A stretch of 64,000 bases of DNA from Octopus sinensis. Its lineage: Eukaryota. This document shows positions 35,186 through 47,789 of the stretch, one piece after another. Position 1 is the stretch's first letter. The number at the start of each line of letters is the position of its first letter. The DNA is taken from NCBI RefSeq assembly GCF_006345805.1, contig NC_043017.1, positions 32,860,001 to 32,924,000 on the forward strand, written 5' to 3'. The notes beneath the pieces were generated by a model. It made no database searches. It saw only the letters and a list, made by a program, of their open reading frames with translations, and was not told the origin of the DNA. The position numbers were made by a program, and so were the translations under genes.

Positions 35186-35592
35186 CTCTTTTACTCTTTT
35201 ACTTGTTTCAGTCATTTGACTGCGGCCATGCTGGAGCACCGCCTTTAGTCGAGCAAATCGACTCCAGGACTTATTCTTTGTAAGCCCAGTACTTATTCTA
35301 TCGGTCTCTTTTGCCAAACTGCTAAGAGACGGGGACGTAAACACACCAGCATCGGCTGTCAAGCAATGCTAGGGGGACAAACACAGACACACAACCACAC
35401 ACATACATATATATATAAATACATATATACGACAGGTTTCTTTCAGTTTCCGTCTACCAAATCCACTCACAAGGTATTGGTCGGCCTGGGGCTATAGCAG
35501 AAGACACTTGCCCAAGGTGACACGCAGTGGGACTGAACCCGGAACCATGTGGTTGGTTAGCAAGCTACTTACCACACAGCCACTCCTGCGCG
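35186..35592 (-). mobile_element. SINE A
   Basis: Family sequence. Confidence 0.9.
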
Positions 35593-36124
35593 TATAATGT
35601 GGAAAAATACTGAAAAAGAATCCGAGAAATTACGATTTAGGTAAGACAATTATTCTGAAAGTCCAACAAATATATAATTAAATTGCCTTCTTTTAAAAAT
35701 ATTCGTAGCAATAGTGTTTCTAAAATAAAAATTAGAAAAAAGTTGTTAACAACACAGAAAATCGGAAAAATCAGGCTGGTAACATGATGAGCTCCAATGA
35801 TACTCTACTAATTCTAAAATAAAAATAATCTTTCTAATCAATGTATGAGTCTACCGAGTCAGGCCTGTATTTACAGAAAATATACGGAAAAAATTTCTGA
35901 AGTTCGTCTAATACTGAAAATTTACAAAATTTATATAATTTTTGTAAACCAATATTTACTTAGAACACAAGTCAAAATATCAATTAAGGAAGATATGAAG
36001 AATCTCTTATCTTTATCGTAAAAATACAAACTCAACACAACAGTTGTGCGACATACATCGGAGTTGAAGGTGTAAATGATTTGTTTAGTGCAATCTCTCT
36101 CTCATTCTCACTCCCTCTCTCTCC

Positions 36125-36157
<33 letters not shown>

Positions 36158-36229
36158 ATAGACACACACACACACACACACACGCAAATTCATATAAAAA
36201 ATCTGGCAAGCCTAAAGCAAATACAAAGC

Positions 36230-36463
36230 GTATGTGTGTGTGTGTGTGTGTGTGTATGTGTGTGTGTATGTGGTGTTGTGTGTAGTGTGTGTTGTGTGTG
36301 TGTGTGTATGTGTGGTGTGTGTGTGATGTGTGTGTGTGGTGTGTGTGTATGTGTGTGTGTGTGGTGTGTGTGTGTATGTGTGGTGTGTGTGTGTGTGGTG
36401 TGTGTATGTGTGTGTGTGTGTATGTGTGTGTGTGTGGTGTATGTGTGTGTGGTATGTGTGTAT

Positions 36464-36497
<34 letters not shown>

Positions 36498-36715
36498 TGT
36501 GTGTGTGTGTGTGTATGTGTGTGTGTGTGTGTATGTGTGTGTGTGTGTGCGGTGTGTGTGTATGTGGTGTGTATGTGTGTGTGTGTATGTGTGTGTGTAT
36601 GTGTGTGGTGTGTGTGTGTGTGTTGTATGTGTGTGTATGTGTGTGTGTGTGGTGTGTATGTGTGTGTGTGTGTGTGTGTGTATGTGTGTGCGTTGTGTGT
36701 GTGTGTATGTGTGTG

Positions 36716-36754
<39 letters not shown>

Positions 36755-36820
36755 TGTGTGTAGTGGTGTATGTGTGTGTATGTGTGTGTGTGTGTGTATG
36801 GTGTGTTGTGTGTGTGTGTG

Positions 36821-36865
<45 letters not shown>
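36230..36865. repeat. (TG)n degenerate microsatellite
   Basis: Read directly. Confidence 0.96.
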
Positions 36866-36866
<1 letters not shown>

Positions 36867-37045
36867 TAGTTGCAGGAGTGTCTGTGTGGTAAGTAGCTTG
36901 CTTACCAACCACATGTTTCTGGGTTCAGTCCCAGTGCATGGCACCTTGGGCAAGTGTCTCTATTATAGCCTCAGGCCAACCAAAGCCTTGTGGGTGGATA
37001 TAGTAGACAGAAACTGAAAGAAGCCTGTCGTACGTGAGCGTGTGT

Positions 37046-37084
<39 letters not shown>

Positions 37085-37259
37085 TGTGAGATAGTTGCAG
37101 GAGTGTCTGTGTGGTAAGTAGCTTGCTTACCAACCACAATTATTTGGGGTTCAGTCCCACTGCATGGCACCTTGGGCAAGTGTCTTCTACTATAGCTTCA
37201 GGCCGACCAAAGCCTTGTGTGTGGATATAGTAGACAGAAACTGAAAGAAGCCTGTCGTA

Positions 37260-37301
<42 letters not shown>

Positions 37302-37541
37302 TGTGTGTCTGTGTGTGTGTGTGTATGTGTGTGTTTGTGTGTCTGTGTTTGTCCACCATCATTGCTTGACAACCGATCTTGATGTATTTATGTCCCCGTA
37401 ACCTAGCAGTTTGGCAAAAGAGACCAATAGAATAAGTACTGGGCTTACAAAGAATAAGTCCTGGGGTTGATTTGTTCGATTAAAGGTGGTGCTCCAGCAT
37501 GGCTGCAGTCAAGTGACTGAAACAAATAAAAGAATTAAAGA
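36866..37541 (+). mobile_element. SINE A with duplicated 5' half
   Basis: GATAGTTGCAGGAGTGTCTGTGTGG at 36866 and 37090; shared private variant GGATATAGTAG. Confidence 0.88.
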
Positions 37542-37767
37542 ATACACAAACACATACGTGAGTCATGTATAAGACCATAAGTCAGGGAAAAGATGCACTC
37601 GCATATCCATCAATAGAGTGGGTATGCTATCCAAAATGTATTGTATTATATATCCATCATGGGTGATCTTGCCAGATGGTTTCACACAGGGAATACAATT
37701 CAGTGTTAGGTAGCAATCAGCTAACTCTGATGAGCGTAAAGTTATATAATCAGATTGCTACCTAACT

Positions 37768-38254
37768 AGGCGCAGGATAGGCTGTGTGGAATGTAGCTTG
37801 CTTACGAACCACATGGTTTCGGGTTCAGTCCCACTGGATGGCACCTTGGGCAAGTGTCTTCTACTATAGTCTCAGGCTGATCAAAGCCTTGTGAGTGGAT
37901 TTGGTAGATGGAAACTGAAAGAAGCCCGTCGTATATATGTATATGTATATATACATATATGTGTGTGTGTTTGTGTGTCTGTGTTTGTCTCCACCAGCAT
38001 CGGTTGTCAAGCGATGTTGGTGGAGACTGTGTGTTGTGTGTGTGTCTGTGTGTGTGTCTGTCCACCAACATCGCTTGACAACCGATGCTGGTGTGTTTAC
38101 ATCCCTGTAACTTAGCGGTTCGGCAAAAGAGACCGATAGAATAAGTACTAGGCTTGCAAAGAATAAGTCCTGGGGTCGATTTGCTTGACTAAAGGTGGTG
38201 CTCCAGCATGGCCACAGTCAAATGAGTGAAACAAGTAAAAGAATAAAAGAATAA
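37768..38254 (+). mobile_element. SINE A with internal rearrangement
   Basis: Short inverted segment CATCGGTTGTCAAGCGATGTTGGTGG near 38000. Confidence 0.85.
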
Positions 38255-38615
38255 CACTCCACTGTATTCTTTGTGTTAAACCAATAGGTAAGATCAGCTG
38301 TGATGGGTATATAATACTGTATATTTTGGATAATATAATATAATATTATTTATATATCTACCTGAGGGGTGGTGAGGTAGAAACTCCATAAGATGTACCC
38401 AGTGAAAGTTATGGACACATAAGAGGAGCAGCAATATCAAAGGAAGGTTAACGGGGAAGATATATATATATGTGTGTGTGTGTGTGGATACATACATGCT
38501 TGTGTATGTATACATCTTAATATATAAATATACACATATATATGTATATGCACATATATATATATGTATATACACATATATATATGTATATATACAAACA
38601 TACATGCACACATGC

Positions 38616-38646
<31 letters not shown>

Positions 38647-38867
38647 TATATCAAACTATGGTTGCAGAACAAACAAATACAAGGTCATCCACGTAACATT
38701 TCATATCTCGAACATTTAATCATAGAACGTACATGTATAACATCACGGAAGATGTTTGATGTATTTGTCTCATTCAATTGAGCACTTCTATAGCAGTCCT
38801 ATTAAACATTTTGTTCCTGATAAGAAACAATCACTGTATTATTGATACACACACACACACATATATA

Positions 38868-39635
38868 GAAAACCATCCTAACGTGGCGGTAGCCAGTACC
38901 GCATGGACTGGCCTCCGTGCTGTGGGCACGTAACAAACACCATCCGATCGTGGCCGTTCGCCAGCCTCATCTGGCACCTGTGTCGGTGGCACATAAGAAC
39001 CCCATCCGAAGACCCGGCAAGACTAGTCAGGCCATAACCCATGGCCCCTACCTGGGACGTAGTCAGTCCACCTGTGCATACCTTCCTTCTTGTGACACTT
39101 GTGAAGACCTGTTGAGGCAAGTGAAAATCAAAATCAAAACAAATCAAAATAGATGAACATCAATGGAATTTGTATCTTTGTGGTACCAGTGCCGGTGGCA
39201 CACAAGAAAACCATCCGAACGTGGCCGTAGCCAGTACCGCATCGACTGGCCTCCGTGCTGTGGGCACGTAACAAACACCATCTGATCGTGGCCGTTCGCC
39301 AGCCTCATCTGGCACCTGTGTCGGTGGCACATAAAAACACCATCCGAGCGTGGCCGTCTGCCAGCCTCGTCTGGCACCTGTGTCGGTGGCACATAAAAAA
39401 CACCATCCGAGCGTGGCCGTTTGCCAGCCTTGTCTGGCACCTGTGTCGGTGGCACATAAAATCACCCACTACACTCTCGGAGCGGTTGGCGTTAGGAAGG
39501 GCATCCAGCTGTAGAAACACTGCCAGATCTGACTGGCCTGGTGCAGCCTTTGGGCTCCCCAAACCCCAGTTGAACCGTCCAACCCATGCTAGCATGGAAA
39601 GCGGACGTTAAATGATGATGATGATGATGATGATG
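38868..39635 (+). mobile_element. Long family B copy with 5' extension
   Basis: GAAGACCCGGCAAG..GAAGACCTGTTGAGGCAAGTG-(AAATC)n-modules-core-(GAT)n; same subfamily as 18720-19952; module duplicate at 38868-39000. Confidence 0.88.
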
Positions 39636-39956
39636 CTATATATATATCAACAATTGAGGGTAAAATTAATTAGTTATTAATCAATTTCACCAAGTAGTGT
39701 TCAGTATGTAAAAGGACCATTTAAGGCGAATTCAAAATATTACATTATATAATTAGGGCTTAGTAAAATAAATTACTTTGCCACATACTGAACTTTCTAG
39801 AAATAGCAGCCAAAAAGTTTTTAGCCATTTCCACTACTTTAAGAAAACTTCTCTCAGATAATGTTTACTCAAAAATAACTCACGAAGATATGGAGGTAAA
39901 AACAGTAAAATATCACAAGTGCAAAGATCATTTGAGAATGTCAACGTTTCTAGATT

Positions 39957-40233
39957 AGCCGAAATAAAACTCAGCATTTCTTTCGTCAGCTCAACATTTC
40001 TTAATTTTGGATTTGAAAGCACTAAAAGAATGAACATACCCATCCGATAATGTATCACCTCAGACAAACATCTTCAAACTGCCAGTACTAACAAATTCAA
40101 AATGTACAAGCGAAGATTCATGTTCCTTCCCCTTCCACCCACGTGAGTTATCTAGTAAAATCTTTTAGTGCTTTCAAATCCAAAATTAAGAAATGTTGAG
40201 CTGACGAAAGAAATGCTGAGTTTTATTTCGGCT
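39957..40233. repeat. Perfect 73-bp inverted repeat with 131-bp spacer
   Basis: 39957-40029 is the exact reverse complement of 40161-40233. Confidence 0.95.
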
Positions 40234-40264
<31 letters not shown>

Positions 40265-40900
40265 AATAACCCATGCTAGCATGGAAAACAGACGTATGAT
40301 GATGATGATATATAAATTATATATACATATGTCGTATATATACTTATATTTGTACATACATAGTATTGATGCTTGTATGTATATCTATTTATATATATGC
40401 ATGTGTGTGGGTGTTCATAAAATATAGCTTTGCTGTAGCATTTACCATCAGCAGCGTCACACAAGTCTGCTATTACCAAGTCCAAACCAAATTTAGTCTT
40501 GATTTAGAACTCTAATCTTCAGGATAGTTACTGATATTATTAGCTGCAGAGTGGAGAAAAAATCTCATTAGGCACCCAGAATATGGCTTAAAAATTTGGA
40601 AATTAAGTTTTAACACCAACAGCACCGGAAGCGAAATTGGATTCTGTGCACATTATTACTGATAATGAGACAGATCTAATGAAGTCGGCAGCTCTAGGTT
40701 TTAAGCAACCTTTGTATTTAATTCTGCCAAAAGCCTGACTGGAATAAGTGGTTTTCAGGAAATCACATTACAAGATAATTCAGCTAAAAAATTCCTGAAA
40801 TATGATTGTTAAAAATAGAGAATAATGTTAATATGAAAATGTATTAGGATTACTTAGAGTTAAACTAGGTGCTTGGTATTATCTAGTTTTTTATATTATA

Positions 40901-41318
40901 TTCTAGTTTAATTCCAGCAGGGATAATAGAATGGATGTTTCGACTACATTTGTTTCTACATTGTTGCTGTTCTTGTTTAACCCAAGGCAAGCCATGATAC
41001 AGCAAATCTATGATTAAAGATCTATGATTAAAGATGTGCCACCCATGAAGATTATATCTTACTTTTTAGATGTAATATACACATGACAGCATTTTGTACT
41101 CTCTTTACTCTCTTTTACTCTTTTACTTGTTTCAGTCATTTGACTGCGGCCATGCTGGAGCACCGCCTTTAGTTGAGCAAATCGACCCCGGGACTTATTC
41201 TTTGTAAGCCCAGTACTTATTCTATCGCTCTCTTTTGCTGAACCGCTAAGTGACGGGGACGTAAACACACCAGCATTGGTTGTCAAGCAATGCTAGGGGG
41301 ACAAACACAGACACACAA

Positions 41319-41354
<36 letters not shown>

Positions 41355-41891
41355 ATATATACAACAGGCTTCTTTCAGTTTCCATCTTCCAAATCCACTC
41401 ACTGAAAGTACTTATTCTATCACTCTCTTTTACTGAACCGCTAAGTGACAGGGACGTAAACACACTAGCATCGGTTGTCAAGCAATGCTAGGGGGACAAA
41501 CACAGACACACAAACACACACACATATATATATATATATATACATATATACAACAGGCTTCTTTCAGTTTCCATCTACCAAATCCACTCACTGAAAGTAC
41601 TTATTCTATCACTCTCTTTTGCTGAACCGCTAAGTGACAGGGACGTAAACACACCAGCATCGGTTGTCAAGCAATGCTAGGGAGACAAACACAGACACAC
41701 AAACACACACACATACATATATATATATATACATATATACAACAGGCTTCTTTCAGTTTCCATCTACCAAATCCACTCACTGAAAGTACTTATTCTATCA
41801 CTCTCTTTTGCTGAACCGCTAAGTGACGGGGATGTAAACATACCAGCATCGGTTGTCAAGCAATGCTAGGGGAACAAACACAGACACACAA

Positions 41892-41924
<33 letters not shown>

Positions 41925-42272
41925 CATATATACGACAGGCTTCTTTCAGTTTCCGTCTACCAAATCCACTCACAAGGCATTGGTCGGCCCGGGGCTATAG
42001 CAGAAGACACTTGCCCAAGATGCCACGCAGTGGGACTGAACCCGGAACCATGTGGTTGGTAAACAAGCTACTTACCACACAGCCACTTCTATTTTAATTC
42101 CAGCAGGGATAATAAAATGGATGTTTCGACTACATTTGTTTCTACATTGTTGCTGTTCTTGTTTAACCCAAGGCAAGCCATGATACAGCAGACCTATGAT
42201 TAAAGATGTGCCCCCCATGAAGATTATATCTTCCTTTTTAGATGTAATATACACATGACAGCATTTTGTACT
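40901..42272. repeat. About 186-bp direct repeat flanking a SINE A array
   Basis: 40901-41100 vs 42087-42272; about 6 substitutions and one 14-bp local duplication. Confidence 0.92.
41101..42086 (-). mobile_element. SINE A with internal 189-bp unit repeated about four times
   Basis: Junction CACTCA|CTGAAAGTACTTATTC at 41402, 41591, 41780. Confidence 0.92.
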
Positions 42273-42344
42273 ATGTACTTTCACTTTTAAGATGATAGGG
42301 TTTAATTTGTGAGAATGCTGGTTGCTGTTTCCAGGGACTCTAGG

Positions 42345-43520
42345 GGCCATGCTGAGAGGCTTTTTTACTTATGTTCTTTTATTTCCTTCAGTCATTAGAA
42401 TGAGGCCATGCTGGGGCACTGCCCTGAAGAATTTTTTGTTGAACGAATCAACCCCTGTACTTATTCCTTTTAAGGCTAGTACTTATTTTATCAGTCTCTT
42501 GAAATGCTTGTCAGTGGATTTGGTAGACAGAAACTGAAAGAAGCCTGTCTCACACACACACACGTACATACACACACACATGCGTGTGTGTCTTTGTGTC
42601 TGTGTTTGTCCCCCACCACCACCACTTGACAACCAGTGTTGGTGTGTTTACATCCCTGTAACTTAACAGTTTGGCAAAATAGATCAACAGAATGAGTAAC
42701 AGGCTTTTAAAAGAAGTAAAGTACTGGGTCTATTTATTCATCTAAAAAAATGCTCTTCAAGGCAGTGCTCTAGCATGGCCATAGTCTAATAACTGAAACA
42801 AGAAAAGAAATCCAGTATCTCTGAGTGTGTGTGTGTATGTGTGTGCAAAGGGTGGTGTTTAAATCAGTTGTATGCGTGTCTTTGTGCCCAAGCTGCGAAT
42901 CAGTGTTGTTGTTAGGACAGTGTATGGCAGAAACACTAGAAGTGCCTTGTGGTATTCTTTTGTCTTTATTGTGGATACTATTATATTCAGTATATAGCGG
43001 TGCCCCAGCATGGCCACAACTCGTGAGCTGAAACTATATAAAGAAAGATATCCTCCATCTTTTATCTTTTATTTGTTTCAGACATTAGACTGCGGCCATG
43101 CTGGAGTACCTATTTTTTTACTACTCACAAGGGGCTAAACACAGAGAGGACAAACAAGGACAGACAAATGGATTAAGTCAATTACATCGACCCCAGTGCG
43201 TAATTGGTACTTAATTTATCGACCCCGAAAGGATGAAAGGCAAAGTTGACCTCGGAGGAATTTGAACTCAGAACATAACAGCAGATGAAATACCGCTAAA
43301 CATTTCACCCGGCGTGCTAACGCTTCTGCCAGCTCGCCATGCTGGAGTACCACCTTGAAGAATTTAAGTTGAACAAATTGCTTCCTGTACTTATTTTGTT
43401 TTAAGCCTGCTACTTATTCTATCAGTCTCTTTCAGTGAGCCACTAAGTCACAGGGACATAAACACACCAGCACCGGTTGCCAAATGGTGATGGAGGATAA
43501 AAACAGGCCCAAAAACACAC
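42345..43520. mobile_element. Cluster of older SINE A-like variants
   Basis: GGCCATGCTGGGGCAC / GTGCCCCAGCATGGCC tail motifs, both orientations. Confidence 0.6.
43111..43335 (-). mobile_element. SINE C inserted in a SINE A-like copy, 16-bp TSD
   Basis: GCCATGCTGGAGTACC at 43095-43110 and 43336-43351. Confidence 0.92.
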
Positions 43521-43566
43521 GCACCCACACATTTATATATATATATTTATATATGTATGTATATAT

Positions 43567-43791
43567 ACTCTTTTTACTCTTTTACTCTTTTACTTGTTTC
43601 AGTCATTTGACTGCGGCCATGCTGGAGCACCACCTTTAGTTGAGCAACTCGACCCCAGGACTTATTCTTTGTAAGCCCAGTACTTACTCTATCAGTCTCT
43701 TTTGCCGAACCACTAAGTGATGGGGACGTAAACACACCAGCATTGGTTGTCAAGCAGTGCTAGAGGGACAAACACAGACACACAAACATAT

Positions 43792-43822
<31 letters not shown>

Positions 43823-43985
43823 CATATATACGACAGGATTCCTTCAGTTTCTATCTGCCAAATTTACTCACAATGCTTTGGTCATCCCAAAACTATAGTA
43901 GAAGACACTTGCCCAAGATGCCATGCAATAGGACTGAACCTGGAACCATGTGGTTTGGCAGTAAACTTCTTACCTCACAGCCACA
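43567..43985 (-). mobile_element. SINE A
   Basis: Family sequence. Confidence 0.88.
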
Positions 43986-45254
43986 TTTGTACCTATCTTA
44001 TCAGAGTTATTATTTACTGCTGTATAGTCCTTGAAAAAGGCATGAACATCAAGTTTTAGCATCATATTATTTAAGTGATGAGGATGCAGAGTTCTCTTTC
44101 CGCTGGTGAAACTTCTGCTTGCATGTTTCCGATATAACTACCAAAACTATTCTCAGATCTGATAAAAGAAAACTAAAACTAAAAAGCAAATAAATTCCAT
44201 CTCTTGTAAGTTATAAAGGGTTTGGTATTGTATGAATATATGTTGTAGTAGGCATATCCCAATGGACTTATTCATCAATAGTCAGCCATAACATTGTTCA
44301 TATTAAAAGTTAATTGAATTTAGCATCGCACATTCAAGAACTTTCCATCAAAACAAAACTGTTTTGCTTTGCATTGCCAAAAAAAAAAAATGAAGACAAA
44401 AAGGTAAAAAAAAACAAACATGCAAAATATAAAGACTAGAAAACAAAATTATGATAAAATAATTTGGAATAAGCAATATTGAAAAGTGATAATTTAATTT
44501 CCTACAAATTCTCTTTAGAAAACTTGAAAATAAAATATTTCTAATTCAACGTCAGATAAAGAATCATTATATTATGTAGTGAAGGCTAATCCATCATTTA
44601 AGCTAAGTTGAGAAGTGGATGACATCCTGGATATTTTCTACGAATTATTGTTTTTCACTTCAGAACTATTCAATAGAAGTAACAAGAAATAAATCAAAAA
44701 CAAAACTTATAAAAGCAATCGATAACAATATTAATAGCATTATCTATCTATTACAGATACAGCGAGATACCCTGAAAAAGGATATTGACACTACAACATC
44801 AATTCTGCTAACGTATTCAATAAAAATGATGCTTGAAGATATAATGATTAATTTTGTGCTTGTTAATATGAATATTTGATTGATTGATTAATTAATTAAT
44901 TTATCTGTCTCTTAAAATTTTCCTTCCTTTGAGGAACCTCAAGTAATTGATGGCTATCTAGAACTATTTCTAAAACGTTTTTTTTCCCTTCCAAAGACAA
45001 TATACCAAACTCATTTCTCTTCCATACTATTTATACTGCGTTTTGAACAGTTCTAATTGCATTGCTAACCTTAGATTTTGCTGTCGATCTTCTGTTCAGA
45101 AGAGTAGGTGTAGGTTTTGAAGATTGTTTGTAACCATGTTGTTCGGTGTTTTGATATCCCTGTTATTTAGTGACTGAGTAACATCTGCACAACCTTGCTT
45201 TCACCAATATCATACGAGCGGAACATAAATGCTGAAAATGTTCAAAAGCCTATA

Positions 45255-45663
45255 CTCTTTTTTTTACTCTTTTACTTGTTTCAGTCATTTGACTGTGGCC
45301 ATGCTGGAGCACCACCTTTAGTCGAGCAACTCGGCCCCGGGACTTATTCTTTTGTAAGCCCAGTACTTATTCTATCGGTCTCTTTTGCCGAACCGCTAAG
45401 TAACGGGGACATAAACACACCAGCATCGGTTGTCAAGCAATGCTAGGGAGACAAACACAAACACACAAACACACATATGCATAAATATATATGCATATAT
45501 ACGACGGGCTTCTTTCAGTTTCCGTCTACCAAATCCACTCACAAGGCTTTGGTCGGCCCGAGACTATAGCAGAAGACACTTGCCCAAGGTGCCATGCAGT
45601 GGGACTGAACCCGGAGCCATGTGGTTGGTAAACAAGCTACTTACAACACAGCCACTCCTGCAC
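45255..45663 (-). mobile_element. SINE A
   Basis: Family sequence. Confidence 0.9.
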
Positions 45664-45784
45664 CTATATATAATTTTTCTCTTATTCTACACCCAATGAA
45701 AATTCAGAATGATAGAAGCATGCAAGTTTAGTTCTTCCTTCCTTAATGATAAAGATCTTACTTGCTACACACACTTGAACTTAT

Positions 45785-45814
<30 letters not shown>

Positions 45815-45818
<4 letters not shown>

Positions 45819-46124
45819 GTACTCCGTCGGTTCCATTTACGAGGGTTCCAGTTGATCTGATCAATAGAACAGCCAATTCGTAAAATTAACTTGCAAGTGG
45901 CTGAATACTCCACAGACATGTAGTTCTCAGGGAGATTCAGCACGAAACAATGTGATAAGACTGGGTCTTTGAAATACATGTAGGACTAATTTTCGCAAGA
46001 TGAATGGTTTGGAGCAACATTAAGTAAAGTGTCTTGCTCAAGGATACACTGCGTCACAAGGTATTGAACTCATGACCTTAATGATCGTGAGCCGAGTACC
46101 CCTAAGTACTAAGCCACACACCAC
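45815..46124 (-). mobile_element. Chimeric SINE: E-type head, D-type tail
   Basis: Head GTGGCTTAG..TCCTTGAGCAAGACAC; tail GATCAACTGGAACCCTC..AACCGACGGAGTACC. Confidence 0.72.
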
Positions 46125-46192
46125 GAAAAAACCGTCTCTTCTCAGTATTGTGAAAAACTGTTAAACTTGCATGAAGTGACATAACTATTTCG

Positions 46193-46625
46193 GATCTTTT
46201 CCGTTTGACCGGCATTTTTTCTAGCAGTGTCATATGAAATTGTCGCCCATAACTATGACCCTAGTATCGATCTATTGCATTTCAATCTGTTTTAGGGTTA
46301 GGGTTAGAGTTAGGGTTAGGGCTAGAGGTGGGGGGAACGGTATCTTTTTTTCTTCAGAAATGTAAATAAACCCAATCTGTTTCTTAAACGAGGGACATAT
46401 TCATATGGCACAGAATGTTTTCACCTCAATAGATGTCATTGTTTGGTTGAAATTGCAGAAACTGAAGAAAAAAAAACAACAAATATCTTACAAACTTTAG
46501 AATTTTCTCAATAAAGCCAAGAGAAAAAGATGTTTTATAAACACATTCTACCTGTATATGAAGTTTAAAAGTGTTTAGTTATGTAGAAATTATTTTAAAA
46601 TACTGCCGGTCAAACCAAAAAGATC
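46193..46625. mobile_element. MITE-like element (433 bp) with 22-bp TIRs and internal (TTAGGG)5
   Basis: GATCTTTTCCGTTTGACCGGCA vs TGCCGGTCAAACCAAAAAGATC (20/22); telomeric units 46291-46320; no clear TSD. Confidence 0.78.
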
Positions 46626-47120
46626 TGCAATTTCTTCCGGGCTACTTTAGTGATGAACAATTAATGGTACTCTAATAGGCTTTTACCTTTTACAATTTTC
46701 TTTAAGAAAATCTTTGATTGACAAAATCTGAAATTGTTGATATGTCCTTTGAAAAGAGAGGACAGAAAAAACAGTGTTCAATAAAATGCTGAATGACAAT
46801 ACGATAATATTCAAATTCATCTGAGGTCAACTTTGCCTTTCATCCTTTCGGGGTTGAAAAATTAGATACCAGTGAAACACTGGGGTCGTTGTAATTGGCC
46901 AGTCCCCTACCCCGAAAATCTCAAGATTTTTGCCTTCAGTTGAAAGGACTATCTATCACACTCAATCACTTTCCCCTTCTCTTCTAAAATGAGATTTGTT
47001 ATGTAACTCCTGTACTGCAAGAAACCTGTTCTGCTCTGGCCCCCTTCTTTCATCTCCCAACATAAAGCTTACCTCTCTTGGGTTCATAGTGTTGCAGGTT
47101 GTATGGTGACTTCACTAATG

Positions 47121-47427
47121 TTGTTTGTTCCTTCTCGAGCCACGCTTGGCTCATAAGGGCCAGTTTTCCGGTTTCCTTGGCGTATAGGTACCACTCCTGG
47201 ATAGGACGCCGGTCCATCGCAGGTGAGCTGCAAGATGCAGGAGGAAAGAGTGAGAGAAAGTTGTGGTGAAAGAGTCAGCAGAGATTCACCATTACCTTCT
47301 GCCAGAGCCATGTGGAACTTGGGTGTTTCCCTCATAAACACACACATCGCCCGGTCTGAGAATTGAATTCGCGATCCCTCGACCACAAGTCTGCTGCTCT
47401 AACCACTAGGCCATGTGCTTCCACACC
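47121..47427 (-). mobile_element. Chimeric SINE: D-type head and middle, E-type tail, 9-bp TSD
   Basis: TCACTAATG at 47112 and 47428. Confidence 0.8.
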
Positions 47428-47789
47428 TCACTAATGCTGGCAGCATGAAAAAGTATTCGGTCCACACTGTAAAGTGGTTGGTGTCAGGATCCATTAATGA
47501 TGATATAGAATCGACCAATTCCAAAAGCAGAATCTGCAGATTGTATATGCCATAGATTTATGGGGAAAAAATGACATTATGCCCATGCTTGAGCAAAATC
47601 GGTTTTGAAGTCATATTTTTCAGATGTTTCTCTTTTGATGTGGTGTAAAATGTGGGAGTTTACCATTGTAGTTTGTGAACCCATCATATGTTTATAGCAA
47701 ATGAAGTGAGTTCATGGCTCACAGGATGGCCTGCTGTGCTTACCTTGGATCGTAGGATGAACTGCTGTGCTTGAGGAGACCTATTGAGT

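Noticed and set aside
44950-45150. Minus-strand coding-like stretch (..NAIRTVQNAV*IVWKRNEFG)
   Set aside because: May be a LINE relic, but I cannot assign it.
46291-46320. Chromosome-fusion telomere scar
   Set aside because: Only five units, one orientation, enclosed by TIRs.
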